Origin: Chrysochromulina tobinii
Taxonomy: Eukaryota
Direction: 5' to 3'
DNA length: 39,463 nucleotides
NCBI GenBank assembly: GCA_001275005.1
Contig: JWZX01002420.1
Location: 1-39,463 of the forward strand
Part shown: positions 25,490-37,328 of the stretch, piece after piece
Layout: every line of letters starts with the position of its first letter
How positions within the stretch are numbered: position 1 is the first letter of the stretch
Translations under genes and position numbers: made by a program
The notes under the pieces: model-generated
The model's input: the letters and a program-made list of their open reading frames with translations, nothing else
Database searches by the model: none
Told to the model about the DNA's origin: nothing

Positions 25490-27145
25490 ATGGCGCAAGG
25501 AGCGACGAAACGCAACACAAGTGCAATAATGGCAGACACTCGCATGCTCACCACTGCGCCGTCGGCCCTCGCAGACTCGCCATCGCTCACCTCGCTACCC
25601 ATCGAGACGCTCACACACGTGCTCAACTCAGTTGGCGACTTCCGCTGTGTCGCCAGTGCCTCTTGCACGTGCCGAGCCATGCAGCTGGCGATGCTAGACG
25701 TGAGCATCGTCGTGCTCCGCTCGCCGCAGCAGCAGTTGCATAAGCAAGCTACCGCGCTACGATATTGGAACGCGACACCTCCGGGTCAGACCCGGCCTAA
25801 GGCGCAACAGCTGGTGGCCCCCACCCCGTGGTGGCTCCGTCCCCTGCGGACACGTCAGCGCTTGTCGGAGCTCTGGCTCAGCTCGACGCTGCTGAACGAC
25901 GAGACCGTCACGCTGCTTGTGCGCGACGTGCTCAGGGTCCATCCCGAGCTGCGCACGCTGGCCATGATCGGCCCACAGATCACAGGCTCCGCGCCACGAA
26001 TTGGGCCGGACGGCGCCGAGGAGCTTGCGGCGTGGGTGCGCCACGCTCGCGGCCACCTCTCAGCACTGATGGTGTGCAACGCGCGCGTGGGCGTGAGCGG
26101 CGCGCTCGCGCTCGCCGACGCCATCGACGGCAAAGGCGCACCTCGCTCCGTTGACGACAACCACCACGGAGACCAGAGCGGCGACGAGGGCGACGAGGAG
26201 GAGGAGGACGACGACGACGAGGAGGACGACGAGGACGACGACGAGGAGGAAGGCTTGGAGGACGAAGGCGACGACCAGCGAGGCGGCGGCGGCGGCGCAC
26301 AGGATGGTGGCGGCGGCGCACAGGATGGTGGCGGCGGCGCACAGGATGGTGGCGGCAGCTCCGATTGCGCGCTGCGTGTGCTGCGCCTCCGGCGCGTCGG
26401 ACTACTCAAGGCGGACGTACGGCCCATTGGTGCCGCGCTGTACCGGAGCGGGCGCAGCCTGACCGACCTCTCCCTCGCCCACAATCGGCTTGGCGAGGCG
26501 GGCGTGATGGCGCTGGCTCCGTGGCTGTCTCGCGACGAGTGCCTAGTGAGTCGGCTGGACTTGACAGCGTGCGAGATCGACAGTGCGGCCCTGGCACAGC
26601 TGGTCGACGCCTTGGTCGGCGACGGCTGTGTCGGTTCGCGTCGTATCGGTACGCCGATCGGTACGCGCGCCTCGTTCTTGCCGCTGCGCTTCCTGCTACT
26701 CAGCCGGAACGTCATCGGCCCAGCGGGCGCTGAGCCGCTCAGCGCGATGCTCCTGCACCTGGCGCTCACACAGCCGAGTCTCCACAGTCGGCTTGGGGTC
26801 TTCGAGCGTCTGGACGTGAGTCACAATGGCCTTGGTGACGAGGGGTTGACCGTCCTCGCTAGAGCCATGGAGACGGTGAGCATCTGCTTCGCCGCTGTGT
26901 CTACGACGCCGAGCCTGCGGTGTGTGACGCTATGGCCCACAGTCGATCCGCGGCGCGTCACACACAGCACCAGCGCCAGCACCAGCACCAGCGCCAGCAG
27001 CCTGGGCAGACAGGCGGGGGCGCCGGAGGAGAACCTGCAGGTGTGGCCACTCCGCCTGTCCACGCTGAGGAGCTGCCGAGAGGCCTCAGTCAAGCTGTGG
27101 CGCTGCCACCAGAGGAAAGAGTTGACTTCTCACTTCGAGGTGTGA
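25490..27145 (+). CDS. F-box-like + RNI-type leucine-rich repeat protein; possible in-frame intron 26876-27013
   Basis: LTSLPIETLTHVL..ASASCTCRAM; LTDLSLAHNRLGEAGVMALA, RLDLTACEIDS, LLLSRNVIGPAGA, RLDVSHNGLGDEGL; acidic insert and 21-bp GGAQDGG repeats (~26290-26356). Confidence 0.75.
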   Translation: MAQGATKRNTSAIMADTRMLTTAPSALADSPSLTSLPIETLTHVLNSVGDFRCVASASCTCRAMQLAMLDVSIVVLRSPQQQLHKQATALRYWNATPPGQTRPKAQQLVAPTPWWLRPLRTRQRLSELWLSSTLLNDETVTLLVRDVLRVHPELRTLAMIGPQITGSAPRIGPDGAEELAAWVRHARGHLSALMVCNARVGVSGALALADAIDGKGAPRSVDDNHHGDQSGDEGDEEEEDDDDEEDDEDDDEEEGLEDEGDDQRGGGGGAQDGGGGAQDGGGGAQDGGGSSDCALRVLRLRRVGLLKADVRPIGAALYRSGRSLTDLSLAHNRLGEAGVMALAPWLSRDECLVSRLDLTACEIDSAALAQLVDALVGDGCVGSRRIGTPIGTRASFLPLRFLLLSRNVIGPAGAEPLSAMLLHLALTQPSLHSRLGVFERLDVSHNGLGDEGLTVLARAMETVSICFAAVSTTPSLRCVTLWPTVDPRRVTHSTSASTSTSASSLGRQAGAPEENLQVWPLRLSTLRSCREASVKLWRCHQRKELTSHFEV

Positions 27146-28048
27146 CGTTTTGCTGTTTTCTGTCGTTTGACGGGTTCCGATTCGCGTACGTCTCCGTGCA
27201 GGCCACGTCCGCGAAGGCCCAAAGTATGACGCGATGCGATGCAGCACCGCGGGCACGCACGCGCTTCGCGCACGATTCCAGAACCCAGTCCCTAAGATTG
27301 TCGTCCGCGCGCACGTCGTACCACGTTTGTTCCTGTCCGCGCCGCCGCCCGTCGCGCTCGCGGTTTTTAGCGTCGGGCCGAGGCGAGAGGCAACGCAAGA
27401 TGGTGTACGTCGTGTGACGTTATTCTTTCGATGGAGACGCATCCAGACATGATGTCATTGTGTACTGGACTGGGTACTCATGGGCATGCCTGGGTGCGCT
27501 GGGCCGCTGCGCTGCGCTCCGCGCGCCTCCGCCGTCTCCCCCTGTCACGCCCCCACCCGGGGCGCGCGCGCGCCCCATCTCACGTCACACCCGACGCCTC
27601 ACTGCTCACATCTCACCGCACGCCCACCGGCCCACGCCCACGGCAGCACGGTGCACAGTCCACAGAGTCACACCGTCGACAAGACACAAGTCACATGGAC
27701 GCACACTACAAGTCACCACAAGGTTCCGCACAGATGCCCCCGCCCCGGGCTTGTAAAAGCCGAACGTGTACCCACGCTCAGAGTATGCATCTACCAGCCA
27801 TCAGTACAGAGTACGTGTCCTCGCCCGCTCCCGTCTCACACGGCATTGCATGAATCGCACTGTGGCTAAGGTGAATCCATGCTGTGCATGCACGCACTCG
27901 CCCATCTCAGTGCTCATTCGTGACGCCTGGCCCTGCCCAGCTGCCGACGACGTTTGAGTGCAGCTCGTAGCCGAGATGCATACAGACCCCCGCCCTTGAC
28001 CCCCGCCCGCCGTCGGTGAGGTCCACCCGTCCAGCCAGCCGCAATCCC

Positions 28049-28197
28049 ACCGAGAGGAGGAGCTCCTTCTCCTCGCCTTCACACCGAGATGGGGAGCCTT
28101 CACACCGAGAGGAGGAGCTCCTTCTCCTCGCCTTCACACCGAGAGGGGGAGCCTTCACACCGAGAGGGGGAGCTCCTTCGCACGCCTTCGCACGCCT
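28049..28197. repeat. Nested 21/35-bp tandem repeats containing CCTTCACACCGAGAG
   Basis: Repeated GCCTTCACACCGAGAG and GGAGCTCCTTCTCCTC blocks. Confidence 0.85.
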
Positions 28198-28352
28198 GCG
28201 TCGCCTCCTTTGCCACCAGTGCCTTCTCTGCCTCCTTTGCTGCATCCTGCCGCGATCCTTCCGCGACACCTTCCGCGACACCTCCCTCGCCGCCCATGGG
28301 TGCTCCCCCTCCCCGCTCTCACCGTCCCGAGGGCGCCCTCAGAAGCACAGCC

Positions 28353-31259
28353 TCAGAAGCACAGCGTTCGTACGGACGAGCGGATTTGCGTGATCGCAGA
28401 GTCCTCCTCGCCTTCCGCCTCGTCGGCATCCGCGCCGTCCAGCTCGGCGCCCATCTCGGCGCTCAGCTGGGCACGCGCCAACGCCGCCTGCTCGAACTTG
28501 GACGAGAGCAGTGGCGACTCGAGTGCTGGCTTGGCTTGGCTTGGCTTGGCTTGGGGCTTGGCTTCGGAGCCGATCGTCGGCGAGAAGAGTCCTCCGAAGG
28601 CACCTCCTCCCAAGGCAGGCGAGGGCAGCGGCGAGGGCAGCGGCGAGTCCGAGATGCCCCCAAAAGGCGAGGCCTCCTTCGCGCGTCGGTGCAGGTACGT
28701 GCGTCGAGTCACCTTGGGCTGCGGCGTGTCGCGCGAAAAGTCGTCCGACGAGCGCAGGCTGTCGCCCTCGACGTACGAGGCGCCGCGCTCGCCGGCGCTC
28801 GAGACGGCGCTCGCGCTCTCGGGGCGCGGCGTGCCATTGTGCGAGGGAGCATTCGGCCGCGGCGTGCCATTGTGCGGATGCTCGTGCTGGGCCGCCAGCG
28901 GCGGCGCGCGCCCATGGTGTGAAAGGGTCGGCGTCCCCGGGTGTGAAGGGGTCGGCGTCCCCGGGTGCGCACCCTCGCTCGCGCTCGGAACGGCGCTCGG
29001 AATAGGTGTGCCCGGATGCGCCGCGCGGCGCGCGAGCGGCTGGGGCGAGCCGATCTCGCCAATCTCGCCGATCTCGCCGGGGACGAGGGGCGCCGGTGGC
29101 GCGAGCGCGAAGGCGAAGCCACCGCCGTATTGGGCGCGGCCCTCGGGGCGGGGCGTGCCCGGGTGCACGTTGGTGGCGAGCCGGAATGCGGCGGCACAGC
29201 CCGAGCCGGCGGCCGCGGGGGGCGTCGTCGCGGGCTCCGGCACGCTCACCTGCAGCCGCGGCCCGCCCGAGGATCGAACCGGGGGCGGCGTGGCGCAGCC
29301 CGCCTCGGGGAGCGACGGCTGTGCGCCGGTGGTGGCCGGGCCGGTGTGCGGCCGGACGCGCTTGTTCGCCGTGGGCGGAGAGTTGGGGTCGACATTCTCA
29401 GCGTCGGCGGCATCGAGCGCGGCGGCGGCGGCGGTGACGTCCTCGAGGTGCATCTCATCGGCGGCGAGCGCGGCGGCGGCGTCGGGGTAGATCTCGAAGG
29501 CCTCCTCTTCGAGATCGACCTCGAGATCGACGAGCTCCGCCGGAGATGCGTACAGCTCAGGAGAGACCCTCGAGGAGGCAGGAGAGGGCCCGGCCGGCGC
29601 GGGTGGTGAGGCGGCGACCTCGCCGCCCACGCCCGCCGCGACCGAGCGACCGAGAGCGAGCCACGCGTCCGCGTCGACGCGAAGCGCCTCGCGCACTCCC
29701 GGGTGCGCCTCGGACGCCTTGCAGAGCGCCGTGTAGAGCAGCACCAGATGCTCGCGTGCGGGCGCCGTCCGGGCCGGCAGGCGCATAGCGCGCAGCATCG
29801 ATCGCGGTGTGGTCGCGTTCAGGATGATTGCTGCGTGCATCCGTGGCGCGGGCGCCCGGAGCGCCGACTTGAGCGCGCGGAGCAGCATCACGCGCAGCAG
29901 GTCTTGCTGGCCCCCGCCGTTGACGTCGGGGCGCAGGTAGAGCGCCACCGCCGCCTCGAGCAGCCCTGCGTCGGCCACGAGTGCATGCAAGGCCGGTGGC
30001 GCCGTTTCGAGCAGCGTGGCGAGCAGGGTGGCAAGCCCGATCTGGACCAGGGAGCGCGAGCCCTGCAGTCGCGTGCGCAGCGCGCCCAGCCGCGGCAGCA
30101 GCTGCTGCACGAACGGGCGCTGCTCGCTCCGCGTCGATGCCGTCGATGCCATCGAGGCGCCGCTGATGCCCGTGCCCACGCTCGCGCCACTGCCCTCGCC
30201 GAGGAGGGCGGCGGGCAGGAGGCTCATCTGCTGCTGCTGCTCATCGGAGAGCGTCGCGCACCGCTCCTCGAGCAGCAGCGCGGCCGCGCTCACCTTGAGC
30301 GCGCTGCGCGCCGCGCGCGCCGCGCCCGCGCCCACGCCCGCGCCCGCGCCCACGCCGCCCTGTCCCAAATTAGGAAGGCTCGGACCCAAATTTGGGTCCG
30401 CGAGCGCGGCGTCGAGGAGACTGGTCAGCCCGGGAAGGAAGGCGGGCACGAAGCGCTTGTAGAGCTCGAGAGCATCGGTGCGCTGGGGCAGCGCGTCCAG
30501 GAGCGTGCACAGCAGCTCCGCGCAGTTGTCTGTGCTCTCATCCGCGGCGAGCAGCCGCGCGACGCACTGTGGCAGCAGCGCGTGCTCGCCCATATTAGGC
30601 AACAGGGCCGCATGCATCGGCAGCACCGCCGACGGCGCCGCAGCCGAGATGGCGGCGCACGCCAAGCCCTTGGCGTCGCACGGCAGCCCGAGCACGCACT
30701 TGATCAGCACGCACACGGCCTCCGAGTAGGCGTGCGGCAGCATCCGCGGCAGCAGACGGGCGAGGGTGCTCGTCTCGACCGCCGCGCCCGTCGACGAGCC
30801 TCCCTCGGCCGCGGTCGGCGGCGGCCCGAGCAGTAGGGAGCCGGCGGCGCGGCACCAGTACTGCAATTGCACCGGGTCGAGCGGCGCCGGCCGCTCCACA
30901 AGGGCCCACAGCCGCTCGATGAGCGACGGGTGCGCGTGCAGCGTGCGCAGCGCCGTGCTCGACGTCAGCAGCACCGATGCGGCGAATACAAACTGCTGCC
31001 GCCGCCGGGAGTGCAGGTCGGCGCCGCCGGCGGAGACGGGCGCTGCGACGAGCTGCGCGATTAGCAACCCGACCGCGTCCGAGCGCGCAAACAGCACCTG
31101 CGCGCGCTTGTTCTGGTCAAACTCACGCCGCAGATTGGCAATCTGCTCCTCGAAGAGCTCCTCGCGCGCAAAGAATCCGTCTTCGAACAGCAGCTGGTCC
31201 TCAAAATCGGCGAGGGCGCCGACGACGCGTGCCAGATAGGCGCTCACGCGCCTGTGCAT
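28353..31259 (-). CDS. Helical-repeat protein, possibly divergent SAPS/PPP6R-like, with long disordered C-terminal half
   Basis: 968-aa ORF with strong GC3. N-terminus (REELFEEQ..LLIAQLVAAP..QFVFAASVLLT..LIERLWALVERPAPLDPVQLQYWCR) resembles the SAPS N-terminus by eye; HPGTP repeats; exact 3' end uncertain. Confidence 0.6.
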   Translation of the reverse strand: MHRRVSAYLARVVGALADFEDQLLFEDGFFAREELFEEQIANLRREFDQNKRAQVLFARSDAVGLLIAQLVAAPVSAGGADLHSRRRQQFVFAASVLLTSSTALRTLHAHPSLIERLWALVERPAPLDPVQLQYWCRAAGSLLLGPPPTAAEGGSSTGAAVETSTLARLLPRMLPHAYSEAVCVLIKCVLGLPCDAKGLACAAISAAAPSAVLPMHAALLPNMGEHALLPQCVARLLAADESTDNCAELLCTLLDALPQRTDALELYKRFVPAFLPGLTSLLDAALADPNLGPSLPNLGQGGVGAGAGVGAGAARAARSALKVSAAALLLEERCATLSDEQQQQMSLLPAALLGEGSGASVGTGISGASMASTASTRSEQRPFVQQLLPRLGALRTRLQGSRSLVQIGLATLLATLLETAPPALHALVADAGLLEAAVALYLRPDVNGGGQQDLLRVMLLRALKSALRAPAPRMHAAIILNATTPRSMLRAMRLPARTAPAREHLVLLYTALCKASEAHPGVREALRVDADAWLALGRSVAAGVGGEVAASPPAPAGPSPASSRVSPELYASPAELVDLEVDLEEEAFEIYPDAAAALAADEMHLEDVTAAAAALDAADAENVDPNSPPTANKRVRPHTGPATTGAQPSLPEAGCATPPPVRSSGGPRLQVSVPEPATTPPAAAGSGCAAAFRLATNVHPGTPRPEGRAQYGGGFAFALAPPAPLVPGEIGEIGEIGSPQPLARRAAHPGTPIPSAVPSASEGAHPGTPTPSHPGTPTLSHHGRAPPLAAQHEHPHNGTPRPNAPSHNGTPRPESASAVSSAGERGASYVEGDSLRSSDDFSRDTPQPKVTRRTYLHRRAKEASPFGGISDSPLPSPLPSPALGGGAFGGLFSPTIGSEAKPQAKPSQAKPALESPLLSSKFEQAALARAQLSAEMGAELDGADADEAEGEEDSAITQIRSSVRTLCF

Positions 31260-32441
31260 GCAGAGGGCGCCACGCGTCAGGGCTTGGGAGCGCAGGCGGC
31301 ACGTGCGCGGAAGGGGATGCCGCGAGACTCACTTGGCGAGTGATGGCAGCTCCTCTGCGTCCACCTCGGCGCTTGTCGACGAGACTGGCAGACCCCGCGG
31401 CTTGATGACGTGCATGTTCGCCATGGAGTTGGGGGCACGCGGCGGGAGCGGCGACGAGACGGTGGCCATCCCAACAACGATGGAACTCGATTCGATCAAG
31501 CAAGCCGCCAAGGGCTGTGGAAAAGCCGGAACCCGATTCCACAGCCCAGACGGAAGCTCGGAACACAGAGTCGGGAACTCGGTTCCAAGGTTCCAAATTC
31601 CAAGCGAGACGGGAACTCGGGAAGTCGGTGCACTTTTGTATTTAACACACACAAACTCGGACCGTCACCCCCACCTCACGTGCTCACGAGAGACGAGACA
31701 CGACTTTGTCTCGAAGAGGTGGAGAGAAGACGAGCGTATTTTTGAAATCGTCGAGGAGTCGTTTTCGACACTATTGACACACTTTGGAAACGTGTACGCA
31801 CGCGGATCGCGGTACATCATCATCCTAACCGAACGACGTGAGTGATCAAGGATGAGAAATATATGGTGCCGGGGGGGAAGACCGCGAGATGCGACGGCCG
31901 ACGCGCCGGCGCCGGACGGGCGTCATCATCGTGACCGACGAGGCACAGGCACAGGCCACAGGCCACGACCCCACAGACAGTTCCTCCCGCGGGACGAAAA
32001 CGGCGTACTCCGCATCTCCGCTGCAAATATGTAAGGCTGCATGCCATGATGTAGCATGCTGAATTGCTTATCATGGCCCTCTGCGCGCATGATGCATGTG
32101 CGAACGTTTCTTGCTGCTCGCTCGCCACAGCGAATTTCGCCGACCGCTCGTCGCCTTGGAGCGGTTGAGATCCCATTCCATCTATCTACCTGCAGCCTCC
32201 TTCCTCCATCCTGGTCGCGTGGTCATGCAGTCCTCCCGTCTCATGCGTGGGCGCCGCCGTGCGCGTTTCGTCGTCGTCGTCGCCGGCGCCGGCACCGTCA
32301 TTTTCTCCTCCTCCTCCTCCTCCTCCTCCTCCTCCTCCTCCTCCTCGCATCGCCTGGGCGCCACCGAGCACGATCGAGGGCTTGCTCCCCTCCTCTCCCT
32401 CCTCCAAGATTCTCGTCCTCTCCCGCCGGTCGAGGGCATGC

Positions 32442-33074
32442 TCACCCGCGCTTCACGAATTTTGCGACCATGTTGCGAAATTTCGTAAAAGGGCCGGGCT
32501 TCTTAGGCGGAAGCGGGACTTGCAGCGCCGAGCTCGTGGCCGTCGTCGGTGACGACAGAGGCTCTGCTGCAGGCTTGGGCTTCGGAGGCGTTGGCGCAGG
32601 CTTCGGCTTCGGCGGCGGAGGGGCAGGCTTGGGGCCTTTCTTCTTGCCGCTCTTGTCGAGCACGTCAGCGGAGATTGTGCCGGTGCTGCCGGCCGAGAAG
32701 CTCATCACTTTGGCACCCAAAGTTTTCACCGCCATGGCCGCGGCGTCGGGGCCGCCCAGCTGCTGCACCATCACTCCGCACGCAACAGCGAGCAGGGCGA
32801 GCACTGCGAGGGCGAGGGCTGTGAACGAGAGCTTTGGGCGCCGCTTCGTGACCGCCAAGGGAGGGACCGGCGATCCGACCAGGACGTTGCTCGAGCCAAC
32901 ATCATTGATGGGTGCGCTCATCGCACCGTTCAAATGCGTCGTGCCGCGGGATGGGGATGGGGAAGCAGCAGGCGCGATCGGCTGCGATTTCCTAGGGCTG
33001 CGATTCGATGGCGAGGAATTCTTCTGCTGCGATGGGCTGCGACGAGCCGGCGAGCTCGCCTGCCGTGGAGGCAT
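32442..33074 (-). CDS. Hypothetical single-TM, Pro/Lys-rich protein
   Basis: MPPRQASSP..; TM FTALALAVLALLAVACGVMV; KPAPPPPKPK; GG|GTGAG overlapping the stop may be a donor, so the 3' end is uncertain. Confidence 0.55.
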   Translation of the reverse strand: MPPRQASSPARRSPSQQKNSSPSNRSPRKSQPIAPAASPSPSRGTTHLNGAMSAPINDVGSSNVLVGSPVPPLAVTKRRPKLSFTALALAVLALLAVACGVMVQQLGGPDAAAMAVKTLGAKVMSFSAGSTGTISADVLDKSGKKKGPKPAPPPPKPKPAPTPPKPKPAAEPLSSPTTATSSALQVPLPPKKPGPFTKFRNMVAKFVKRG

Positions 33075-33445
33075 TTTTTGCTGGCGGCCGTTCAGATTCC
33101 TGGTCTCGTGTGCAAGATTCCTGTTTCTTCTTCGAAGGAAGAGAAGCGTGGTCACAGTACATGTATTTGGTCACAGTCACGAGACAGTCAAGAACAAGCG
33201 TGCGGACACCGGCAGTAAGGAACCCGCAATTCTCAGTTGTTTGGTCCGTGTGACAGGAGTGTTGGCATGGGAGGCCACTCCTCGTACCGTCTGTGTGACC
33301 CGTGTGTCCCGTGTGAACGTTTACGCGACACATGCGTCAACCGGTGCTACGGCGCTGTGCCCCGTGTGTGTCCAGGCTCGGCGTTTTGAACCCGCGGGAA
33401 GGAATTGGGTTTCGCCAAACATCGCATCTCGTCCGAGACGTCGGA

Positions 33446-36400
33446 ATGCAGCGCGGCCCTGAGCCGGAGCGCAGCTCAGCCAGCTCGGCGCATTCGGACT
33501 CCGCGCAGGAGGCGGCAGTGGCGCGAGATCGTCGGATGAGCAACGAGCATGTGCATAAGCACTCTGATCACATTCATGATCATGATGGCGACGGGCTCGT
33601 GGACTTCGAAGGTGACGGCTTCGGCGAACGTCAGCAGGAGTGGCGGAGAACGGTAGAGCACTTCTTTTGGCTTGGCGTGCAGGTTGGGCTGGCAGGGTGC
33701 ATGTGCGCCGTTGCCGTCGCAATGGTCGTTGTGAGCCAGGCGGGGGGCCTCGTCGGCGAGCTCTCCTCCCTGTATTACCCTGTCTTCCGCTGGCCGCTGC
33801 TCTTGGCTTTCTGCGCCGCCGTGTACGGCCTGACGCTGCTGATGTGGAAGCGGCACGCGATCAATTTTGCGGGTGTGCTCGGGGTCGACGAGAAGCGACA
33901 CCACTTCCACTACATCATATCCCACGCCTTCACCGTCGTCTTCATCTGCTTCGTCTGCTTTGTTGGGTGCGCGCGCCAACGCACTGGCATGATGACCTTC
34001 AGGAACAGCCACGATGATGACTGAAGAGTGCGGTGCGATGTGCGTGACACAGGTACATGCTTTCCATCCAATCACGAAATGATCTACACATGGAGCTCGA
34101 GATTGAAATCAAAGAAAGGATGTGGGAGGATGTCACAGCCGAACTGGCACAGCAGGATGATGAAATGGTCAATCCTCCTCCACCCCCCGCGAAAAGAAGT
34201 AGACCATTGGGACGACTGTTACTTGACACGGAGACCTACAACGTCGATCTTAAGAACAAAGGGCGCCATATTGACGTGTGGCCACTGCTTGCGGTCGTCC
34301 TCTCCGTGCTTTACGTCGGCTGGCCGTTCGACATCACGCCGAATTGGAGTGACGCTCAGCAGAGGCGCGGCTTGTTTCAGAGCATCGCTACTGTGCTTCG
34401 GGCGCCCTTCTCCCCGCACACTTTCGTCTTCAACTTCGTCGCCGATATCCTCTGCTCGCTCTCGCTGGCCTTTCAGGACATTTGGTGCGCTTCCAATGAG
34501 CCCCCGTGTTGAAGACCTCTCATTTGCACGCGTCCGCCCAATGACCCCCACTGATGAAGACATGTGCGGCCCCCACACAGCGCCCCATGACGACCTTGGG
34601 GAATCCCGCCACCCCCTTGGCTCTCAAGAACTCACGGACCCCACAGCTCACACGACCCCACAGCTCACACGGACCCCACAGTTCACACGGACCCCACAGC
34701 TCACACGGCCGGGGTTGTCGCTCGCTCAGGTACACCCTATGCATCTATGGCACTATGGAGGCGTGGCACGTGGGCGAGTGGCAGCGTGAGGAACAAAGGT
34801 TCGAGCACCCGCTGGCGATGTGCATCATGAGCAACCGTTGGTACCGTTTCGTGCAGCTGAGCTTCTCTATCCTACCCTTTTGGGTGAGGCTGATGCAATG
34901 CATGCGCGGGTACCACGACACGCACAACACGTTGCACCTGTGGAACGGTCTGAAGTACAGCTGCTCCATCGGAGTGGCGGTACTCGCGCGCTTCCATGGA
35001 CGCACCGCAGCGTGGCTCACTCTCTCCATCATCGCCACCACCTATTCGGGCTTGTGGGACATCTTTTTGGATTGGGGGCACGGCCCTCCTTGGCTTCGTC
35101 GGCTCATCGACGGCGATCGGTTTGCCAACCTACGCGCGGCCAAGGGGTGGGGCATGTGGCGGCCGCACGCGCACGTGAGCCGGCGACAGATATACGTGGT
35201 CGTGGCGGCCAACCTGCTGATGCGCTGTACGTGGACGATCTACGTCGCGCCTGGCAAGGTGGTCACCACGCAGCACACGATCCTTCTATGGGGCCTGATC
35301 GAGCTCGTGCGCCGAGCTGTCTGGTCGTATTTTCGAGTCGAGTGGGAGGAGGCTAAGATTCGACTGGCGGGTGAGCTGGCGCAGGCCGACGAGCATGCAG
35401 CGAGGGAGGCCGCGGAGGCGTTAGCCTCTGGGGAGGTGCTCGAGAAGGAAGAGTCCGCGCGCCGTCTCCAGAAGACGGCTCGGCCGATGCTCCAGGCGCT
35501 CAGGGGGGTGGCTTCGTTCAGTAGCACACAGTCGATGCTCTCGAAGAGAGAGGCTTCCTCACGTCGTCAGAAGTCGTTTGCAAATCTCGCTCGGCCGGTG
35601 CTGCACCAGTTGAGGGGGGTGGATGCATTCTCAGCAGCACCCCGCAGCAGCAGCTTGGTTTCGCCCCATTATCACCATGAGTTCGGGCACACTCCCAGCC
35701 ACTCCGCTCGGCATGAGACGTCGCGGCCTGATTCCTCTCGTGATGGACACCTTTCGATCCGAGAAGGGATCGCCTCGCCGGATCCCGGTCCGGAGAGGCC
35801 ACCCGCGACTCCCGCCCACACTCCAGCCCACTCGCCGCGCCTGTCCGACCGTCAGATCGCCATCCATGATATCTTCGATCAACGACACCCTCCGGGTGCG
35901 TTCTCGATGCGAGGGGTAAGCCCGAAGCGGCCAGACCCGAAGCGGCCTGACCCTCCGAGACTCAAACCGAAAAGCCCGAAAACCACGCCCACCCAGTCGC
36001 CGAAATCCAGCGGGACCCGAGTGAAGATCTCGCCCACCCACTCGCCGCCCCAACAATCGCCCAGTCACCAGCCCAGCAACTTCGCGGCCGGAGTAGGCAT
36101 CGCGGATGGACTACCATCTGGGGCTTCATCAGTCGAGGGCCGAGCTGTCAGCCGGCCCTCGGTCGAGAAAGGCGCCGTGTTGGGCGAGATGCGAGCGGTC
36201 AGGCGGGCGCCCCAACTCTCAGAAAGGCAACCCACCCAAGAAGAGGGTGTCAATGTAGTGAGGGTGCCGCGGCCTTCTAAAGAGGATGCCTCGCAAGACC
36301 TCGTCGTCATGGTGCCGCGGACTTCAAAAGAGCTGCAGGCGCTGACCAGGACGGCGCTGCCCCCCGGACAAGACCTGCCCGGAAAAGCTCTCGAACCGGT

Positions 36401-37328
36401 ACCAGAAGAGTCGGCGCTGGCGCTGCCCCCTGCACCATACCTGCCTACCTTGACAACAGGAGGGAAAGCTCTTGAGCCCGTTCTCGAGAATTCGAGAGAG
36501 TCTTCGAACGGATCGAACGCGGGGGGGCGGACCCCGCCCCCCCCCCACCGGCTTATCAGTGGCTTCGCGCTGCGAGCCTTCCGGTGTAAGTCCAAGGCTG
36601 CTGGCATGACGCCTAAGCTTGATCCTTCATCTTCGGCTGAGCCACTGCTGCACGCTGCTGCAGCTTCGGCTGAGGACGGCTCCTTGCATGGTGCTAGCAA
36701 AGGTATGTCGCGCTGGCTGCATGCTGCTGCAACTCCGGCTGAGGAAGGCTCCTTGCATGACGCGCAGCAAGGTGGAGCAGCTTCGCAGCTCCGTGAGCGG
36801 TCGCCTGCCGGGTCGCGCTGGGCAGTTGCCCGGGCGGCACTAGAGGCGGCGAGGAGGCAGCAGGTAGCACAACGCATGAGCCAACAAAAGCAGCAAAAGC
36901 AGGATCCTGAGCAATCGAAGTTGTTTGCCGACCGTGACCGATGGAAGCCGGTGCTCGTCGGACAGCCAGGCATGTTGAAGCGCGCAGCCACCAGGCAAGC
37001 CGGCCTCTTAGCACGCCAAGGTACCCTACAGGGCGGCAGCGGTGGCTATTTCGATACGCCAGAGCCACTACCAGTCGTTCCCCGGCAATACATGGACCCG
37101 GAGTATGCTCGGAATACACCACGTGCCACTCCGCGTGCCGGCGGCTACTTCCCTGTCCCGGCGGCCTTACCGGCCGTCCCCCGCTATCTGGATGCGGAGT
37201 ACGCCATGACACCGCGTGATAGCGCACCCCCATCAGTACAGATCAGTCAACGGACAGCTCACGGACAATCCACAGATCGCAGATCGCAGGCAGCGTACGT
37301 AGGGTCGTTACGTGCGGCGATGCTCTGA
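33446..37328 (+). CDS. EXS-domain protein (XPR1/PHO1/ERD1 family) without SPX, with long disordered tail; join(33446..33966,34053..34484,34730..37328)
   Basis: LYYPVFR, WKRHAINFAGVL, FVFNFVADILCSL, LPFWVRLMQCMRGY, HLWNGLKY, YSGLWDIFLDWG, NLLMRCTW, ELVRRAVWSYFRVEWE; two GTGCGC..CAG introns keep frame (3552 nt). Confidence 0.87.
34631..34707. repeat. Intronic ~18-bp tandem repeat x4
   Basis: (C/T)TCACACGGACCCCACAG units inside EXS intron 2. Confidence 0.9.

Noticed and set aside
28100..28353. Coding-looking segment (AAKEAEKALVAKEATQA) after the SAPS-like stop
   Set aside because: No convincing intron or single frameshift links it to the gene; left unresolved.
32056..33462. 468-aa plus-strand ORF and the (CCT)n tract
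   Set aside because: Antisense to the TM gene plus a microsatellite; no domain.
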